DNA of 54,407 bases, filler included, from Catajapyx aquilonaris (taxonomy: Eukaryota): the NCBI GenBank assembly GCA_000934665.2. It is 3 parts of 3 records of this genome, joined end to end, with 100 filler letters (N's around TTAATTAATTAA, not from the genome) between each part and the next. Parts side by side here need not be neighbours in the genome. Positions count along the whole stretch, not along the records: positions 1 to 18,089 come from JYFJ02006793.1; 2 more parts are not named here. One strand, written 5' to 3'. The translations under genes were made by a program, and so were the position numbers. Shown here piece by piece: positions 1 through 13,669 of the stretch. The stretch's first letter is position 1. The number at the start of each line of letters is the position of its first letter. The notes under the pieces are model-generated. The model had not been told where the DNA came from. It saw only the letters and a list, made by a program, of their open reading frames with translations, and ran no database searches.

Positions 1-815
1 AACCCCAATGAACATATATATCAAAAGAAAGGGAAACACCAGGACAATGCGCCTATGGAATTAGTATTCCTCTAAAATGTAAAAATAAATTTTTATAGCA
101 TTTCATTTGTCACTTGCAAAGTCACATGCCCAAGAATATATTGTGACCTCAACATGTTCTGCAGAAAAATCCTATTTTGGATAAAGGTAAATGGACTATA
201 TAGATTAAGGTGTACTGAATCCAGATCTGAAGTCAGAATGGCTCTATAACGTACATATTTTGAGAAAACTCAAATTTTGGGAGATACGACACTTAAATCA
301 AGAATTGTGGTTTTTCACAGTTGTCGCAGTGTATATCCAGGACTGCATAAGGGTTTTCCCCGCAGGACTGCCCGAACCAGTGATATACGTTTTTGTATAA
401 GTGTAAAAGTACGAGAGGGAGTCGGCCAAGGACAGTCGATTATAATTGTTGAGGTCACAATATATTCTTGGGCATGTGACTGAGCAAGTGACAAATGAAA
501 TGCTATAAAAATTTATTTTTGCATTTTAGAGGAATACTAATTCCATAGGCGCATTGTCCTGGTGTTTCCCTTTCTTTTGATATATATGTTCATTGGGGTT
601 TGACCATTTGCACTAACCGAAAAAATTTCTCCAAAAAAGGCCTCATTCTCAGCCATTTCCAGATGTTAGCGATTTTTCCCCTCATCATAGTATTGAGCAA
701 TATGGCTGAATTTTTATAGGAAGCGTTAAGGAATAGATGAGTACATCTGGGATTATTTTCACCAAGATCCAAGGCGGTCTAGCAACATTAGGCCCACTTG
801 ATTTGGAAAGACCCC
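1..815. mobile_element. Foldback/MITE-like element, left end outside window
   Basis: 1-117 is the reverse complement of 484-600, and 122-153 of 448-480. The right end is placed approximately near 815. Confidence 0.6.
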
Positions 816-2070
816 TAGTAAACCGTCCAAGGTTTTAAAACGATATATCTCTAGAACTGTACGTGATAGAGCAAATCTGTTGCCGGATTCGGATTCAGCA
901 CCCCAAAATCCATAAAAAGCACATAAATGCTTTCAAAAGAGCGAAAGAGAGTGTTTTTTTGCAGAACGGTATAATTTTTGAACCTGGGGTTTTGGTCAAT
1001 ATCTCGTCAACGGTGCAAGATATCGCAAAAATAACGACATTTCACCCCGAATGGGCCACAACTTTTCATGTTTAGGCCAGGTAAGTGTACTCGCACACCA
1101 AAAAACGAAAACCCGTAAGTTGCGTCACAAACGCCCCTGGCGGGACCGTAGGATATTAACCCACATGACTCAAATTTTTTACCTGTCAAACGGATCACCC
1201 AACGCAACTTTTTTTCACTAGCGAACTACAACTTTCGAAAAAAAGTGTTTTTTGAGCCGCCCTACTGTACACCCGCAAGGAAGTGTGCTTTGCACTACAG
1301 TTCAGTTTTAAAAATCTAGAATAGCGAGGAACCATGCTAGGGGGTAAGAAGGGAAGGAGCAAGCCCCATGCCTGGAGTGGTGGCGTTCAAAAATAATTGC
1401 AGTTTATCTATAATTGTTTTCTGAGAGGAATTTCTACCATGAATTCCACAAATGAATTTTAAAAACATTGTTTGGAGGATAGAGCACTATGTTAGTGATC
1501 CATTAAGTGGCATTTAAATTTTCAGCTTTCATCCTTTCTGCTTTTGTAGGCTCAATTGGGTCCTAATGTTCTCATTGGTTGTTTGTCATTATTTTTGTCA
1601 ATATTTTAGAACTAATAATGTTTTTCTCGTTTCTTATTGGGAAAATGTTCAGAAAATGCAATAGGAACTGACATTGCGTCACTCAATTATTCTCGGGTCT
1701 CAGGAGGATATGTGACGGAAATTGAAAAAATTCTAATTCACCTACAAATTGTTTAAAAATTTTGTGGATTTTTCCCTTGGTTGGCATTTATTTCTTGTCA
1801 CAAGAAAAAAACCACGTGTAAAGTACTTGATTTACTAATATTTCTAGTTGAAAATGTAGGTTTTTGTCGATATTTTTAAAAGACAAAGCAATTAAAATAT
1901 CCACTTCTGTGTAACCTAGGATGACCGTTCCTTTTTTGTTTCATAGCGTTCTTGAAGACGCTTTCAACCGCATCTTACACTTTTAATTTATTCCGTAAGC
2001 TTAAGTTTGAGAAATGAAACACTGCTGGATGGGGATGGTCCTAAACTTTCGGGAAAGAGTGTACGTAGTA

Positions 2071-2604
2071 CCATATTACCTTGCATGTTGCGGCATGCCG
2101 GTGTAGGCGAGGTCGACCAGTTTTTTAAAATGTTGATCTGGTGGCTATACCGGCACGCCGGTATAAGGCAAGGTATGCCGGTATAAGGCGAGGTTTTCAC
2201 ATAAGTTACATTATCCTTTCAGAACTGGACATTTGCCTGAAAAGCACGTAAAGGCTATCAAAAAGGCACATTTTCTGGCAATAATCTCTATTTAAACGGT
2301 ATGTTGGAGCAGGGGGTTCCCCTGTCAAAGCAGGCTCACGATGGGATTGGTCATACACGCTACATTTTTTAGATGCACTGTGCAACAGAAGTTGCATATT
2401 CTCACAGATTGTACATTCACCCATTTTCATTGTAACATTATTTTAGTATGGTAGGCTACCAGATGCATTCCAAAAATTTGGCAAGGATCAAAATTACGGA
2501 AATCTACCTCGGTTATTGCAGCATGCCGGCCACCCCCGGGTTATACCGGCATGCTGGTCGACCTCGTTTTATACCGGCGTGCCGCAATATGAGAGGTAAT
2601 ACGG
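2071..2604. mobile_element. pogo/Tigger-type MITE
   Basis: TIRs CCATATTACCTTGCATGTTGCGGCA / (rc) CCGTATTACCTCTCATATTGCGGCA; TA on both flanks. Confidence 0.75.
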
Positions 2605-3043
2605 TATGTGGTCAGGTCACATTAACATAGTTTATAATCATCCATCTTCATCTACAACAGTGAAGGCATTCATTTCCTGAGAAAAGGGTGAATTAAATAG
2701 TATTTCCTGCATATAACGCTATCCCGCTCATAACACTACTTTGGGTCGGTCCCTTGGAGAGCATTATATCGAGGTTTTACTGTATTATGAAGTTGAAATT
2801 TTCATCCAGAGTATTTCACATTTTCTCTGGTGTTCATTATTTCTGGACTAATACAAATTTAAGATGTGTAGGTATGGAGCTAGATCATGCATTTACAATG
2901 GTACAGTTGAGAATCCTTTATCTGAAATGCTTGAGACCAGCAGCTTTTTGTTATGCAGATTTTTTCGGATATCGGAATATATGTAGATTTGCAACTATAA
3001 AATGGGACACATTTGGAATGGGATAAATCCTTAACAAGATATC

Positions 3044-3563
3044 ATGAGGGAGATGGAGTGATGCTGCGGTAACGTATGCGCCCACGGATGTTAGGGTCCC
3101 AGGTTCGATCCCAGCCCAGGGTTCCCCCCTTCCTCTCGTGCAGAGTTAGGTCGTCTCTGACTTCGTCTCGGGTGGAATCTCCGCTAGACTATTTCACCGG
3201 GGGAGTTCACAAAATGTACTATCGGGTTCAAATACTTTTGGCCACTTTATCCTGGTCTTGAAGCAACCCTTCGCACAGACCCCACGTTAAGGAGGTGAGT
3301 GTGTGTGACGGGTTCCTTCAAGATCAGGATAAAGTGGCCAAAAGTATTTTTATCCGATAGTACCGTGTTATAGACATTGCACTACTTTGCACATCTCCTC
3401 CCAGTCACCCTGCCCGTGGGCCCGGGCGCTTCGCCAGAGGGTCAAGTCTTACACCTTACTACATCGGTATCGCTGGGTGCAGATTAGCCCCCNNCCCCCC
3501 CCCTCCCCCCTCCTCCCCCCGAATACCCCGTAAGGGGTGGCAAGGTGGTAAACCTTAAAAAAT
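3044..3563 (+). mobile_element. tRNA-derived SINE, family A
   Basis: B box GGTTCGATCCC; homologous to 4 other copies in the window; TSD AAGATATC (3036-3043 / 3564-3571); carries a MITE at 3216-3363. Confidence 0.8.
3216..3363. mobile_element. Small palindromic MITE (GTACTATCGG termini)
   Basis: Inverted arms; a second copy lies at 43951-44112. Confidence 0.75.
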
Positions 3564-3591
3564 AAGATATCCAAATACATTTTTAAATGGA

Positions 3592-3915
3592 TTGATCGGG
3601 TATTCGGCTAACCCCAGAGGGGTTTTTTGCCAGACCTTTATTGTGATGGTGTACAATTCTGGGAATCCTATTATTGAAGCGCCCGGGCCCTTGGGCAGGA
3701 TGATAGGAGGGGATGTGCAAGTGCAGTGCATCTGACGTGTGGCCATTTTTAGTGAGCTCCCCCGGGTGGTTTAGTCTGTAGGAAATACCACCCGAGACGA
3801 AGCCAGAGGTGACCGACCTCTGCACGAGATGAAGGGGGTGTCCCCGGGCTGGGATCGAACCCGGGACCTTAACATCCGTGGGCGCGCATGTTACCGCGGC
3901 GCCACTCCGTCTCCC
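3592..3915 (-). mobile_element. tRNA-derived SINE, family A
   Basis: Reverse-complement copy with B box; 16-bp TSD TACATTTTTAAATGGA (3576-3591 / 3916-3931). Confidence 0.85.
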
Positions 3916-4099
3916 TACATTTTTAAATGGACGTTATGCATAAACCCTGTAGGTATTTTTATATACATTTTAAATATTTTTATATGTGCAGATGCAGGTA
4001 ATGACGCTAGTAATGTCACTCATGAAATTTTCCATTTGTGATCCGTCATGTCAGCACTAAAAAAACCTTCGGATTTCTGAGGTTTCCGGATTTCGGAAA

Positions 4100-4759
4100 G
4101 GACCTGTTCAAAGTTATCCTGGCAAAGAAAGGCCACCCACATGGCTCAATGATTCGTGTCAATTAGATTGGAGCAGATCACTGAAACTTGGCAACGCAGG
4201 GGAGTTGGATCAAAATGTTGCTGTCCAGCCACTCTAATATATGTCATTCAATGGAAGAATGCTTCTAAAGGGTGACCTCGGGTGACCTTCATCAGTTTGG
4301 AGAAAGAGTTCGGCCTTGATTTGCCAACGAACCCCATCTTGAGTCCGGCGAGTCCGCCCCTCTTTCACCTCTCTCTCTTTTAGGGGAGAGTGAGAGAGAG
4401 GAGAGGGAGAGAGGGAGAGATACGCGATTGGGCAAACGCGTGATATCTCGATGGGGCTTGCATTTCGCATATCGGTTCCCTGAGGCGGCATTTGTCTCAC
4501 ACGAATATCCTTACAACATTTTTACGGGGTAAAAACCACACGAGTTTTCCTGCCTCTAAATCCACTAATAAAACAGTTCACCACATGACAACATGTTTTG
4601 AATCCTACCAAGGCCGCTAGGTAGCAACCCCTACCACATCAAAGATACAGTCAGTGGCGAACACAGCGGCCTTTAGCGTAAAACTAGGTGCATAGATTAT
4701 ACACTACAAGATGCGCAAGATGGTTGCCGTTTAGGTAGCGGGGCTACTTGAACAGGTCC
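4100..4759. mobile_element. TSD-less (Spy-like) non-autonomous DNA transposon
   Basis: TIR GGACCTGTTCAA / TTGAACAGGTCC, flanked by AAA | TTT with no direct duplication. Confidence 0.6.
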
Positions 4760-5246
4760 TTTAGATAAAGGATTCTCAACTGTGTTGGAGCTTTCACTTC
4801 CACTGGTACCACATGCAAGACGTTTTGATATTTGAAAAATTAGATAGTCTTGACACTCTTACCAAATGGTGAAAAAGTGACAAGGTGAATATTGAGAGTT
4901 CAGTTTAGGAATAGTTGTGCTATGCAATTCTTGCTATTCAGGTCGATGGGCATAATGATCGGTAACCAACTTGCACCATGGCAGTGTGTTAACTGCTATT
5001 GGTTAGTGCTCCTCAAGTAACTTAGAATGCAAATGCATGGATGGGGGTCTATCAAACTAGCTCCTGCAGTCCAAGCAGGGGTCAGGTAAGCCCCACCCAC
5101 TTTGGTAGCAGTAACTGCACTATTCTGCCAAGTAGGTGCATCAACTGTTAAAGGGCAGATGAAAATAATTACAAAATTATTGTGTTGCAGTGTAGGCTAT
5201 TATAAACTGTATTTTTTTATTGAACGATTTTTATTTTCGTGTGCAG

Positions 5247-8200
5247 TATGCCGAGTCTGATGATATCTTCCAAGAACATTCCTTCTGGTATCGTGTTTGG
5301 TACATGACGCCATTGTTCTTTAACTTCCGAATGCGCATTTACACTGGATTTGTTCTGGCTGAATGTTCATGCATCATGGCAGGACTTGGTGCATATCCTG
5401 TCCGATCAGGGACAAAGCCTGGTCATGGGCCTTCCAAGTATGAGGTGCTGAAGGAATTGTAAGTTGTGAATGCCACAGAAAATGAAGGATATCATAAAAT
5501 ATTAATTATATATCGTGATTTTAGGAAAGAAAATGAAGGGAAACTGTCGCAAGAGGAATACGACTTCAAAACCGTACACAACATTGATGAATACAACTCT
5601 GATTTGGTTGCAACAGTTCGAGAGGGAATGCGATGTTGGAACATGACTGTTCAATATTGGCTTGCTGTCAATGTATACAAGAGGTTACCTTCCACAACTC
5701 CTAGGTAAATGTAGCTTGTTTGAATAGTTGTAGTATTTGTAATGTTAAGGCTTGTAAGCTCACATACTCTTCTGGGAATCACACATATATCTTGACCCAA
5801 AACTAGTAGGGTCACTTAAATCAAGTAGGTGAACAATGGAATGTGAATGCCTCTGCTCCAGAAGTAACATCAATTGTCACAAAATTGGCTGAACGGAAAG
5901 TTGTACAGACCTTTATTTCTTTGCTACAATTTCATTGTGTCATTATGGTCAACATTCCTAACTGCTATGAGGGTTGTTCCGAAAGTAAGGGTCATGTAGC
6001 AATTACTTCCGAAAGTATTGTACGTATTGGTAAATTTTTACTGCCAGCAGTTAGAGGACATTATTCTGGGTGAGCCAAATTTGGTCTCCCATGTGCACTC
6101 CATGCATACGCAGGAGTAAGCAGAAGAAAGGGACTTTTGTGGAAAGCATGCCTGGTCTATGAACGCTTGAGTCAAAAGACACAGACAAAAGATCGGCGAA
6201 TTCTACATCATTGTCCAGACATCTGTGACCAGACAGTGACCCGTCTGTTGTTGCGAATCGTGGCATCCTTACTTTCGACGTTCACCAGGCCGCTGCTCCT
6301 CTGCCGCACTGTCATGGTCATTTGCTGTGGGTCACTGTGGATGCAGTTGTCTGGACGATGACATGGAATTTGCCATTAACCGCCAGCACTTCATCTTTTG
6401 TCTACATCTTTTGACTCAAATGCTTATGGAGCAGCACGCTCACTGTAAAAGTCGCTTGCTTCTGCTGACTCCTGCGCATGCACAGAATGCACGTGGAAGA
6501 CCAAGTTTGGCTCACACATGCAGAATAATGTCCTCTAACCACTAGGGGTTAAAATCTCCCAATATGTACCGTCCTGTTCATAAAGAATGGTACGACTCTA
6601 TGGACGACATGTTTATTCTGACTTTCCAGCATTATTCCCAACCTGATTTCATCACGACCCTATGGACAACTTGTCCTCGACCTGTGACGACCATATGACC
6701 CCATCCCGACTTTCTCCGAAATATTTTATTGCCAAAATGTTCAACCTGGTACAGTGCAATCGTGAGTGAATAGCCAAAAAATCGCCCTTTGGCCCACTGA
6801 TTAATGGGGCATTTGTCTATCTGGGAATAATTTTAAAACTGTGACTGCAATAGTTACATAATTGTTATTAACCCAGACATGCCAAGAAAAGTTTTTGTTG
6901 AATTAGTGAACTTTTTTTTGTTTCCATTAGTTCATATTAGTTCCCAAAACACAAAAATTGAGATAAAACATTTTTCTGAATTCTTGTTTGCGAGAAAATG
7001 ATCATTCCCCATAATTATGGGATGCTAGGAAAATGTAACCTAGCATGGCTATAATAGTATTTGATTACATTACCATGGCAACAGTGACATTCAGCAATAT
7101 CCATAGTTTCATAATATCACCACTGATTGATTGTTGCCGATTGCATTACCATTGGAAACAGGCCTTGCAAAGAATGGGTTGTAATTGAGTAACAATCAAC
7201 AACAATCAAGCATTGTTGCCATGGTTGCCATGTTAACCAATTGCCATGTAATCTCATTTTAATTATATGGATTCATTACAATACAGTTCAACAACTCTTA
7301 CAAAATCCACGCACATACTTTACTTGTCCGAATGTGGGTGCATTTGCCTCTTATGTTCCCCTGAGGGGACACCAGATTTCAACACTACTCTCAGACAAGG
7401 AAAGTAAAAAATATGCCAATATTTCCCCATCAACGTCATCATTCATAAGTTTTCTAAGTACAGGGTCCCATTTTTAAAACCCTATAACTCAAAAACTTGC
7501 AGCCATATGTGAATGATTTAAGTTTTGAAATATACTAAGGAAAGTCTAAAGTTTTGGTTTCAGCTTAGTTTGTTTCGATATGTGCTTCATTTGTCGCTTG
7601 GCAGATAAAAAAGCCTGTATATGGTTTCGAGCCCAACCGGCTCAATGACATTTGCAGTTACCATTGCAATCCTATCCCGTAAATGCTGAATGTCTCTGGT
7701 ATTTACACCACAGACATTGTTCTTGATGATTCAAATAAAAAAGTCGCCTCATCCATGAAATAAATCTGCCTTAGAAAAAATTCATCAGTGTGAGAAGTCT
7801 TCAATGAGAAGTTTACCAATGCCTAGCCCCTCCAGAAGCCCAGATTTTACCCCAATTGATTTTTTTGTGGAGATGCATGTATGATGAACTGATGGGCAGA
7901 TGGGCAGTACCTATGGGAAAAGATTTCAAAGGTAACGATATACATGCCTGAGCGGGTTAGGCACAACACTGATTACCTTCTTTACATTTTTTGAGCGACA
8001 AATGGAGCTCATATTGAAACAAACTATGGTAAGACCAAAACTTTAGACATTTCTTAACATTTCAAAACTTAAATCATTTAGATATGTGTAGCCTACAAGT
8101 ATTCAAGTTATAGGGTTTGAAAAATGGGACATTCTTTTTCGATGACCCTGTATTACAAACAATAAATAACTCATAACACTAATCAACATTAGACAATTAC

Positions 8201-11200
8201 TTACTAATCATATTTGGAACACGAAGGTGCAGCCACTATTTCCTGCGTTAAAATTCAAACACCTGTATCTAAAAAATCTGAAGCAATATTGAGCAGGTTT
8301 GAACTTGTATCGTTAGCTGGGACTCTCCTGAAGCCCCCGTCACTACTGCCAGCTCTTTAGCAGTAGAAGAACTAGTGCAAAAAAATTAAAATGTAACAAC
8401 TGTGCAGGTGTCCCCTTTAGGGGATACTCTGCATGTCTGGGTTAAGCAACATTAAGATATCTACAATCTTCAAAACTACTGAGGGTAGGTGGTTGGCTTG
8501 TTACCACCTGGGAACCCATGCAACAAGGATTTTGTGATAAGATGCAGTTGGTGTGATGTTATGGCATTGGGACCATTTACATTCGCTGTAAGCTTTGAAC
8601 TGAACCTCTGAGTCATCTGATCCCCTCCCTTTGATGCTATTGTTAATTCACAAATGCCAATGAACCTTTGTTGGAACTTGATTACCATATCTTCCATGGT
8701 TTAAGAATGGAATGAGCAAAGAGTTCTGCTATAATAAACCTTGAGAGACGACTCAGGGTGAAATGTCAGGTGTCCGCCATCTCTACTTGGGTCAAGATCG
8801 ATTGCTGACACCATTCACTTTTATGCAGTTCCTTTAATGTTTCATGGAGATGCCATCGCATAGCAAAAGAAGTAAACAGTGTCAACAATCGATCTTGACC
8901 CAAGTAGAGATGGCGGTCTGCCTCAGCCCGGGAAAGGGGAAAGGAGAGGGAGTTGTTTCTCTAGATATGTATATTATAGCAGAACTCTTTGTAAATCAGA
9001 GACCCAACTGTGAAGGCCAGAATGGTAAATTTCTAAGGCCTGCACTACTCACAAATGAGTTTACTCACCACATTTAATTGTTACCATTTCAGAGTCTTCC
9101 TCACAATGCTTACATCTGCAGTTTGGCATGGTGTCTATGCTGGATATTACCTGTGCTTGCTGACTGTGCCATTCGTTCTTGTTGTGGAAGATCTTTTTGA
9201 CAAATTATTTCGCAAGCCTGCCTCAGATAAGGTAAGGAGGATGTTTACTGGATGAAAGAAATGCCAGGTCAGATCTGTATTGGTGAAAAGGACATGGGTT
9301 AAATCCTTATGGAAAAGTGCCCCCAGATGGATTTGGCTGAAACTTGGTCAGTTAATAGACCTTGTCCTCAGGGTCAATTGTTCTGAAGGCCGAAGAAAAT
9401 CTACCGTGGCGTTTGGCCGCTAGAGGCGCCGAAAGTCGGAATTTCAAAGTTGTCCGATCTTGGTGAAAATTACGCACACTGTAGAGTTTGATGAGCTGAG
9501 TCGAATGCGCTATGGAATAATTTTCTCTTATAAACCATTTGACCACGATACGGATAAATTAGGCTTCAACATCGGGCCTTTTACTGGGACTATACATACG
9601 GGTGGATTGCAAAGACGGAGTTTAAACAGCGGCTCAAATAGATGGCGGTTTAAACCAGGGTTCCGTTTGTAAAGACGAGGATTAGCCTCGAGACGGGGTT
9701 TAAACCGCGGTCTAACTCAGACCACCTTCGAGGGTGGTTTAAACTGGGTTCAGACGGCAAAATGGAGTCGGATATGGGCTCGATTACACCTGTGATCTTC
9801 GCCTCCTGCAGCAATTGAAGAGTCGACCGGCTCGCTGTAGCGTTGTGCACCTCCGGATTTTGCATCAACCCTATGTAGGCCTACTATGCTGTACTATACA
9901 AATACACACTACAATACACCTCATAGTGGTCATAGAAGAACCGCCAGGTTGAGGAAACCTATGACATTGATTGAAGTAGCCTACTATAAAATATTATCTG
10001 TTGGGTTCCATGTTTCATGTGTATGTATTCATCTACTTCCAGAGTACCCAATAAGGACCATTATCTTGCATGTAGCCTGCGATACACTTTTATGTCGAGG
10101 CTATTATAGACCTAATTATATTGTCACCTATACAGATATAAAACTAACTATAACTATAAAATGGTTTGTCGGAGAAAATTGTCCTGTAGCGCATTCGACT
10201 CAGCTCATCAAACTCTACAGTATGCGTTATTTTCACCAAGATCGGACAACTTTGAAATTCCGACTTTCAGCGCCTCTAGCGGCCAAACGCCACGGTAGAT
10301 TTTCTTCGGCCTTCAGAACAATTGACCCTGAGGACAAGGTCTATTAACTGACCAAGTTTCAGCCAAATCCATCTGGGGGTACTTTTCCATAAGGATTTAA
10401 CCCATGTCCTTTAGCATAATATGCACTACTCACTTCCACATTCTTTGTTGCTTTGCCTTGAAAGGTGGCAGGGAGTTGGAAAGCCTGTTATTAATGTCTT
10501 ATGGATTGTGTATACAGGGTGAAGGGAAACTTGTGTACAATCGCCAGGTAAACTTATAGTACTCGCCAAACTAATATAGGAATGTGCAATTAGTTTTGAG
10601 CTCCGTTGCGTAGTTAATGCGTACGGTTGGAACAAGTTGAAAGTGCTCTAGGGCCGGATGGTGGAATATGAGGCAAAAACGACAAAGTGTATGGGTGTCG
10701 TTCCCGGATTCTTACTCTGACGGGATTTGATCGCCTTTTGCACATGGACGATGTGTTAGGGGACCAAGGCAAGGGACCGGAGGTCCTCCAGCTGACTCTT
10801 GCTTCCCAGAAAGCTGGCAGAACAGATGTGAAGTCACAAAACTTTGACGGCGCCGTACGCATTAACTATGCAACGGAGGCCAAAACTAACTGCACATCCC
10901 TATATTAGTTTTGTGAGTACTATAAGTTTACCTGGCGATTGTACACAAGTTTCCCTTCACCCTGTATAACTCCCTGCCACATGTAATGATAGACTGTGAG
11001 TGTTAGGATGTTAGGATAGTGTCCGTGAAATTTCTATTAGCACATATCTGATCTGGTCTTTGGTCCATTCACTAGTAGGAATACTATGAATTACAGTCAA
11101 ATGCTTCTATCATAGGATAAAGCTTTCAATATTATTTTGAGTATGAAGTAAAAACAGTACTGTCATTTAACAATTATTATTGCCTTGGATTTTAATGTAG

Positions 11201-12064
11201 GTTACTGAGTTTTTAAAATGAAAATTTGTTAACTTGAACAATTCACTTTATGCAAGTGGGACAGATGCTGCCACCTAGAAGACTTTCAGAGAAACGTTGA
11301 GGGAATAATAAAGGGTTCCTAGCGCTTGGCAGGAATGGTGGAGACACTGTTTTCCTAAATTCTATATGAGTGAACAATATGCTGGTCCTGAATCATCCTT
11401 AAATACCAATTGCTTGCCCTTGACAATGTCTAGTTAAGGGAAGGTGTGGCACCCCTTTCAAAAACCAACCTGATTATGACACCAAAACGTAACAATAACA
11501 GCGTGATAGTACACCTTAACCTCTTACGTACAGTGTCGGAGCTGTTATGCAGCATGAGATTCCAGACTTGTCAGATTTTTTTTGCAAAAGATACTTACCT
11601 ACTCGCCAGAGGAGTGAAAACACCAGCTTTAGCTCAGCTGCAATTTTTTATCACTGTGACGAAAGATAGAAGATTGTGCTACTTTTAGCAGAGTGGGTAG
11701 AGGTTATTGTGAATATTTACATGATTTTCGATAGCTCTTGCCACCTTGTGCCACATATTGGAAGCATTGCCACACTTGCCCCATTTCTGCACTTACTCCA
11801 ACTTGCAATATTTACCTTATACTAAACATTGGATTTTTTTAGGGAAAGTACATTTATGATTGGATCTGCTGGTTCTTCAAGATGCAGGCCTTTTCATACA
11901 TGGGGATGGCCTTTTTATTGCTGAGAGTGGATGCTACCTTGCACTATTGGCAGTCCATTTGGTTTATTGGTCACGCCTTTCTCTTGATTTCTTGGGCCAT
12001 TCTGACTTCAGTATTGTCGGCCAGGAAGCACCACCAGGCACAAAAGCCGAAGAAAGAGAACTGA
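5247..12064 (+). CDS. MBOAT7: Lysophospholipid acyltransferase 7 (MBOAT family), 3' part; upstream exons not found in window
   Basis: Exons 5247-5458, 5525-5704, 9093-9231, 11843-12064, all AG/GT bounded with consistent phases (2,2,0). Motifs FRMRIYTGF, CWNMTVQYWL and SAVWHGVYAGYY (catalytic His) are typical of MBOAT7/LPIAT1. Stop TGA at 12062-12064; AATAAA at ~12420. Confidence 0.92.
6045..6544. mobile_element. MITE with ~90-bp imperfect TIRs
   Basis: GTTAGAGGACATTATTCTG... at 6050 is mirrored by ...CAGAATAATGTCCTCTAAC at ~6521-6539. Confidence 0.6.
6872..8441. mobile_element. piggyBac-type non-autonomous element
   Basis: TTAA|CCCAGACATGC ... GCATGTCTGGG|TTAA; contains a nested Tc1-like relic. 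Confidence 0.7.
7461..8150. mobile_element. Degenerate Tc1/mariner element
   Basis: TA|CAGGGTC...GACCCTG|TA with ~130-bp inverted arms; remnant SRSPDFTPIDFF (WPPRSPDL-type motif) near 7830-7870. Confidence 0.7.
9290..10409. mobile_element. Long-TIR TSD-less (Spy-like) element
   Basis: ~250-bp near-identical TIRs (9290-9540 / 10158-10409), GGAC...GTCC termini, flanked by AAA | TTT. Confidence 0.75.
10515..10964. mobile_element. Tc1/mariner-type MITE
   Basis: TA|CAGGGTG...CACCCTG|TA with ~110-bp TIRs. Confidence 0.85.
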
Positions 12065-13420
12065 AGGATGAGTAAGAATTCACCCATCAACTATGTACAA
12101 TATTGGTTGCCAAGGGTTTCATGATATACATATACTTGCTTTCCATTTCAAAAGTAGCATTGTGGGTTCTTGCTGTTATGAACTAGTGTCAGTTAACTAG
12201 GAAATTTGTAAGAATCTCAGCCACAATTGGGCACACAAAGGAGTGCAAGTTAGTTGTTAGTGTCATTGGAACTGTTTTGGTGACATGTAACAGTACGTGA
12301 TCGGTCCGTTGTGATATTTAAAACTATGATTGGATTCATAACATTTATTAAGATGTGTTGTTATAATGCAATATTTTTATTCCTGTTAGAACAAAGGAAG
12401 CTTATTGAGAGGGTGTGAAAATAAAACCAGTCATGTGAATGATTTGTCTTTTGTGCCATCCATAAGTCTTTCAAAATGGAAAGGCAGTGGAACTAGGTAA
12501 TTTGAGGGTTACCTCTTTGCATTCATCAATTGACGTGATGTCTGCTGAGCCAAAATTTCTAATTCATCTCAGGAAATGAATATTTTTTGAAAATAGAAAT
12601 TCTGTATCATTGAATTTATTTTTCTTATATCTGGCTTGGGTATACTAAATCTCTGTACAACTGCATTTAGCTCTGCAGGTGATGATCTGGAATGCTAGTG
12701 TCAAGATAAATGAGCAGGAGCAAGTACCCCATATTAAAATAAATCAGGTGGCAATTAAGAAAGCTTTATCACTACTATTTTGTTGTATTGATTTGTTGGA
12801 TACCTACATATTGTAATTTACAAATAACAGGTCCTTTTAAGAAATGGCAGTTGCAACATTAGATGCAGTCATGCCTCAGACTCGCATCATTTCTAGAGAG
12901 GCAAGCTGGTCTTGTGTGTAGCCTGGCAACGGCGCACAGTGGCCGGGATAGAGGTCAAGCACAGACAAAATTCCAAAACAAGTAATAAAATTAATATATC
13001 TCGACAAAATCCAGGATTCAGGGGTTTCATCGGTCGCTGATTTCGAATCTGTTCTTAGAATTTAAAAATTCAATATGGAGGATCCAATATGGCAGACAGG
13101 TTAAACTTAAACTTTCAATTTATACCCAAAATTGGGATTCTGGGATATTCCTAGTCGCTGAATTTGAATCCCTCGTTATAAATTTGAAGCTAAATATGGC
13201 ATAGCCAATATGGCCGACAGGATATCCAAAAACTGTTCACTTTAAACTCAACATTGCTAAATGCGACCTAATTCAGACACTACATTCTTATGTTTTCAAA
13301 ACGTACAGTTTCTGAACAGCAGCGCTACCAATCTTGCTGTTTTATGTGAAATCTGGTTTGTAGACTAAAGTAATGCAATGTGACTGTAGCTATAAGAAAA
13401 TTGCATTGCACAGAACGGTA

Positions 13421-13631
13421 CCCCCGCGAGCATAAAGATGGAGACGCCAGGCCCTTTTTTGACCTTTCTTTATCCGACTCAAATTAATGAACTCTTTTTG
13501 GACCTAGTTAGCTGCATCAGGCGTGTGTTCATGTATTTATGACAGTATATTTGATACCATAATAGCTGCAATTGGCAGAGCAGCCTGCCGAAGGTGAGGG
13601 CCTGCCGTCTCCATCTTTATGCTCGCGGGTG
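13421..13631. mobile_element. Small MITE
   Basis: TIR CCCGCGAGCATAAAGATGGAGACG mirrored at the right end; TA flanks. Confidence 0.7.
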
Positions 13632-13669
13632 TACATGCATCACATAAATATGTAACAATCAACTTCAAT

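Larger units (their letters stand above)
2904..4782. mobile_element. Tigger-like MITE hosting two SINEs and a TSD-less element
   Basis: Perfect 20-bp TIR CAGTTGAGAATCCTTTATCT at 2904 and its reverse complement ending at 4782; TA on the left flank. Confidence 0.75.

Noticed and set aside
3044..3915. Convergent SINE pair as a single composite element
   Set aside because: Each SINE has its own distinct TSD, so they are independent insertions.
9352..10347. Paired ORFs sharing the same peptide on opposite strands (also 36963/37153 and 51778/52414)
   Set aside because: By-products of inverted repeats; no protein-family motifs.
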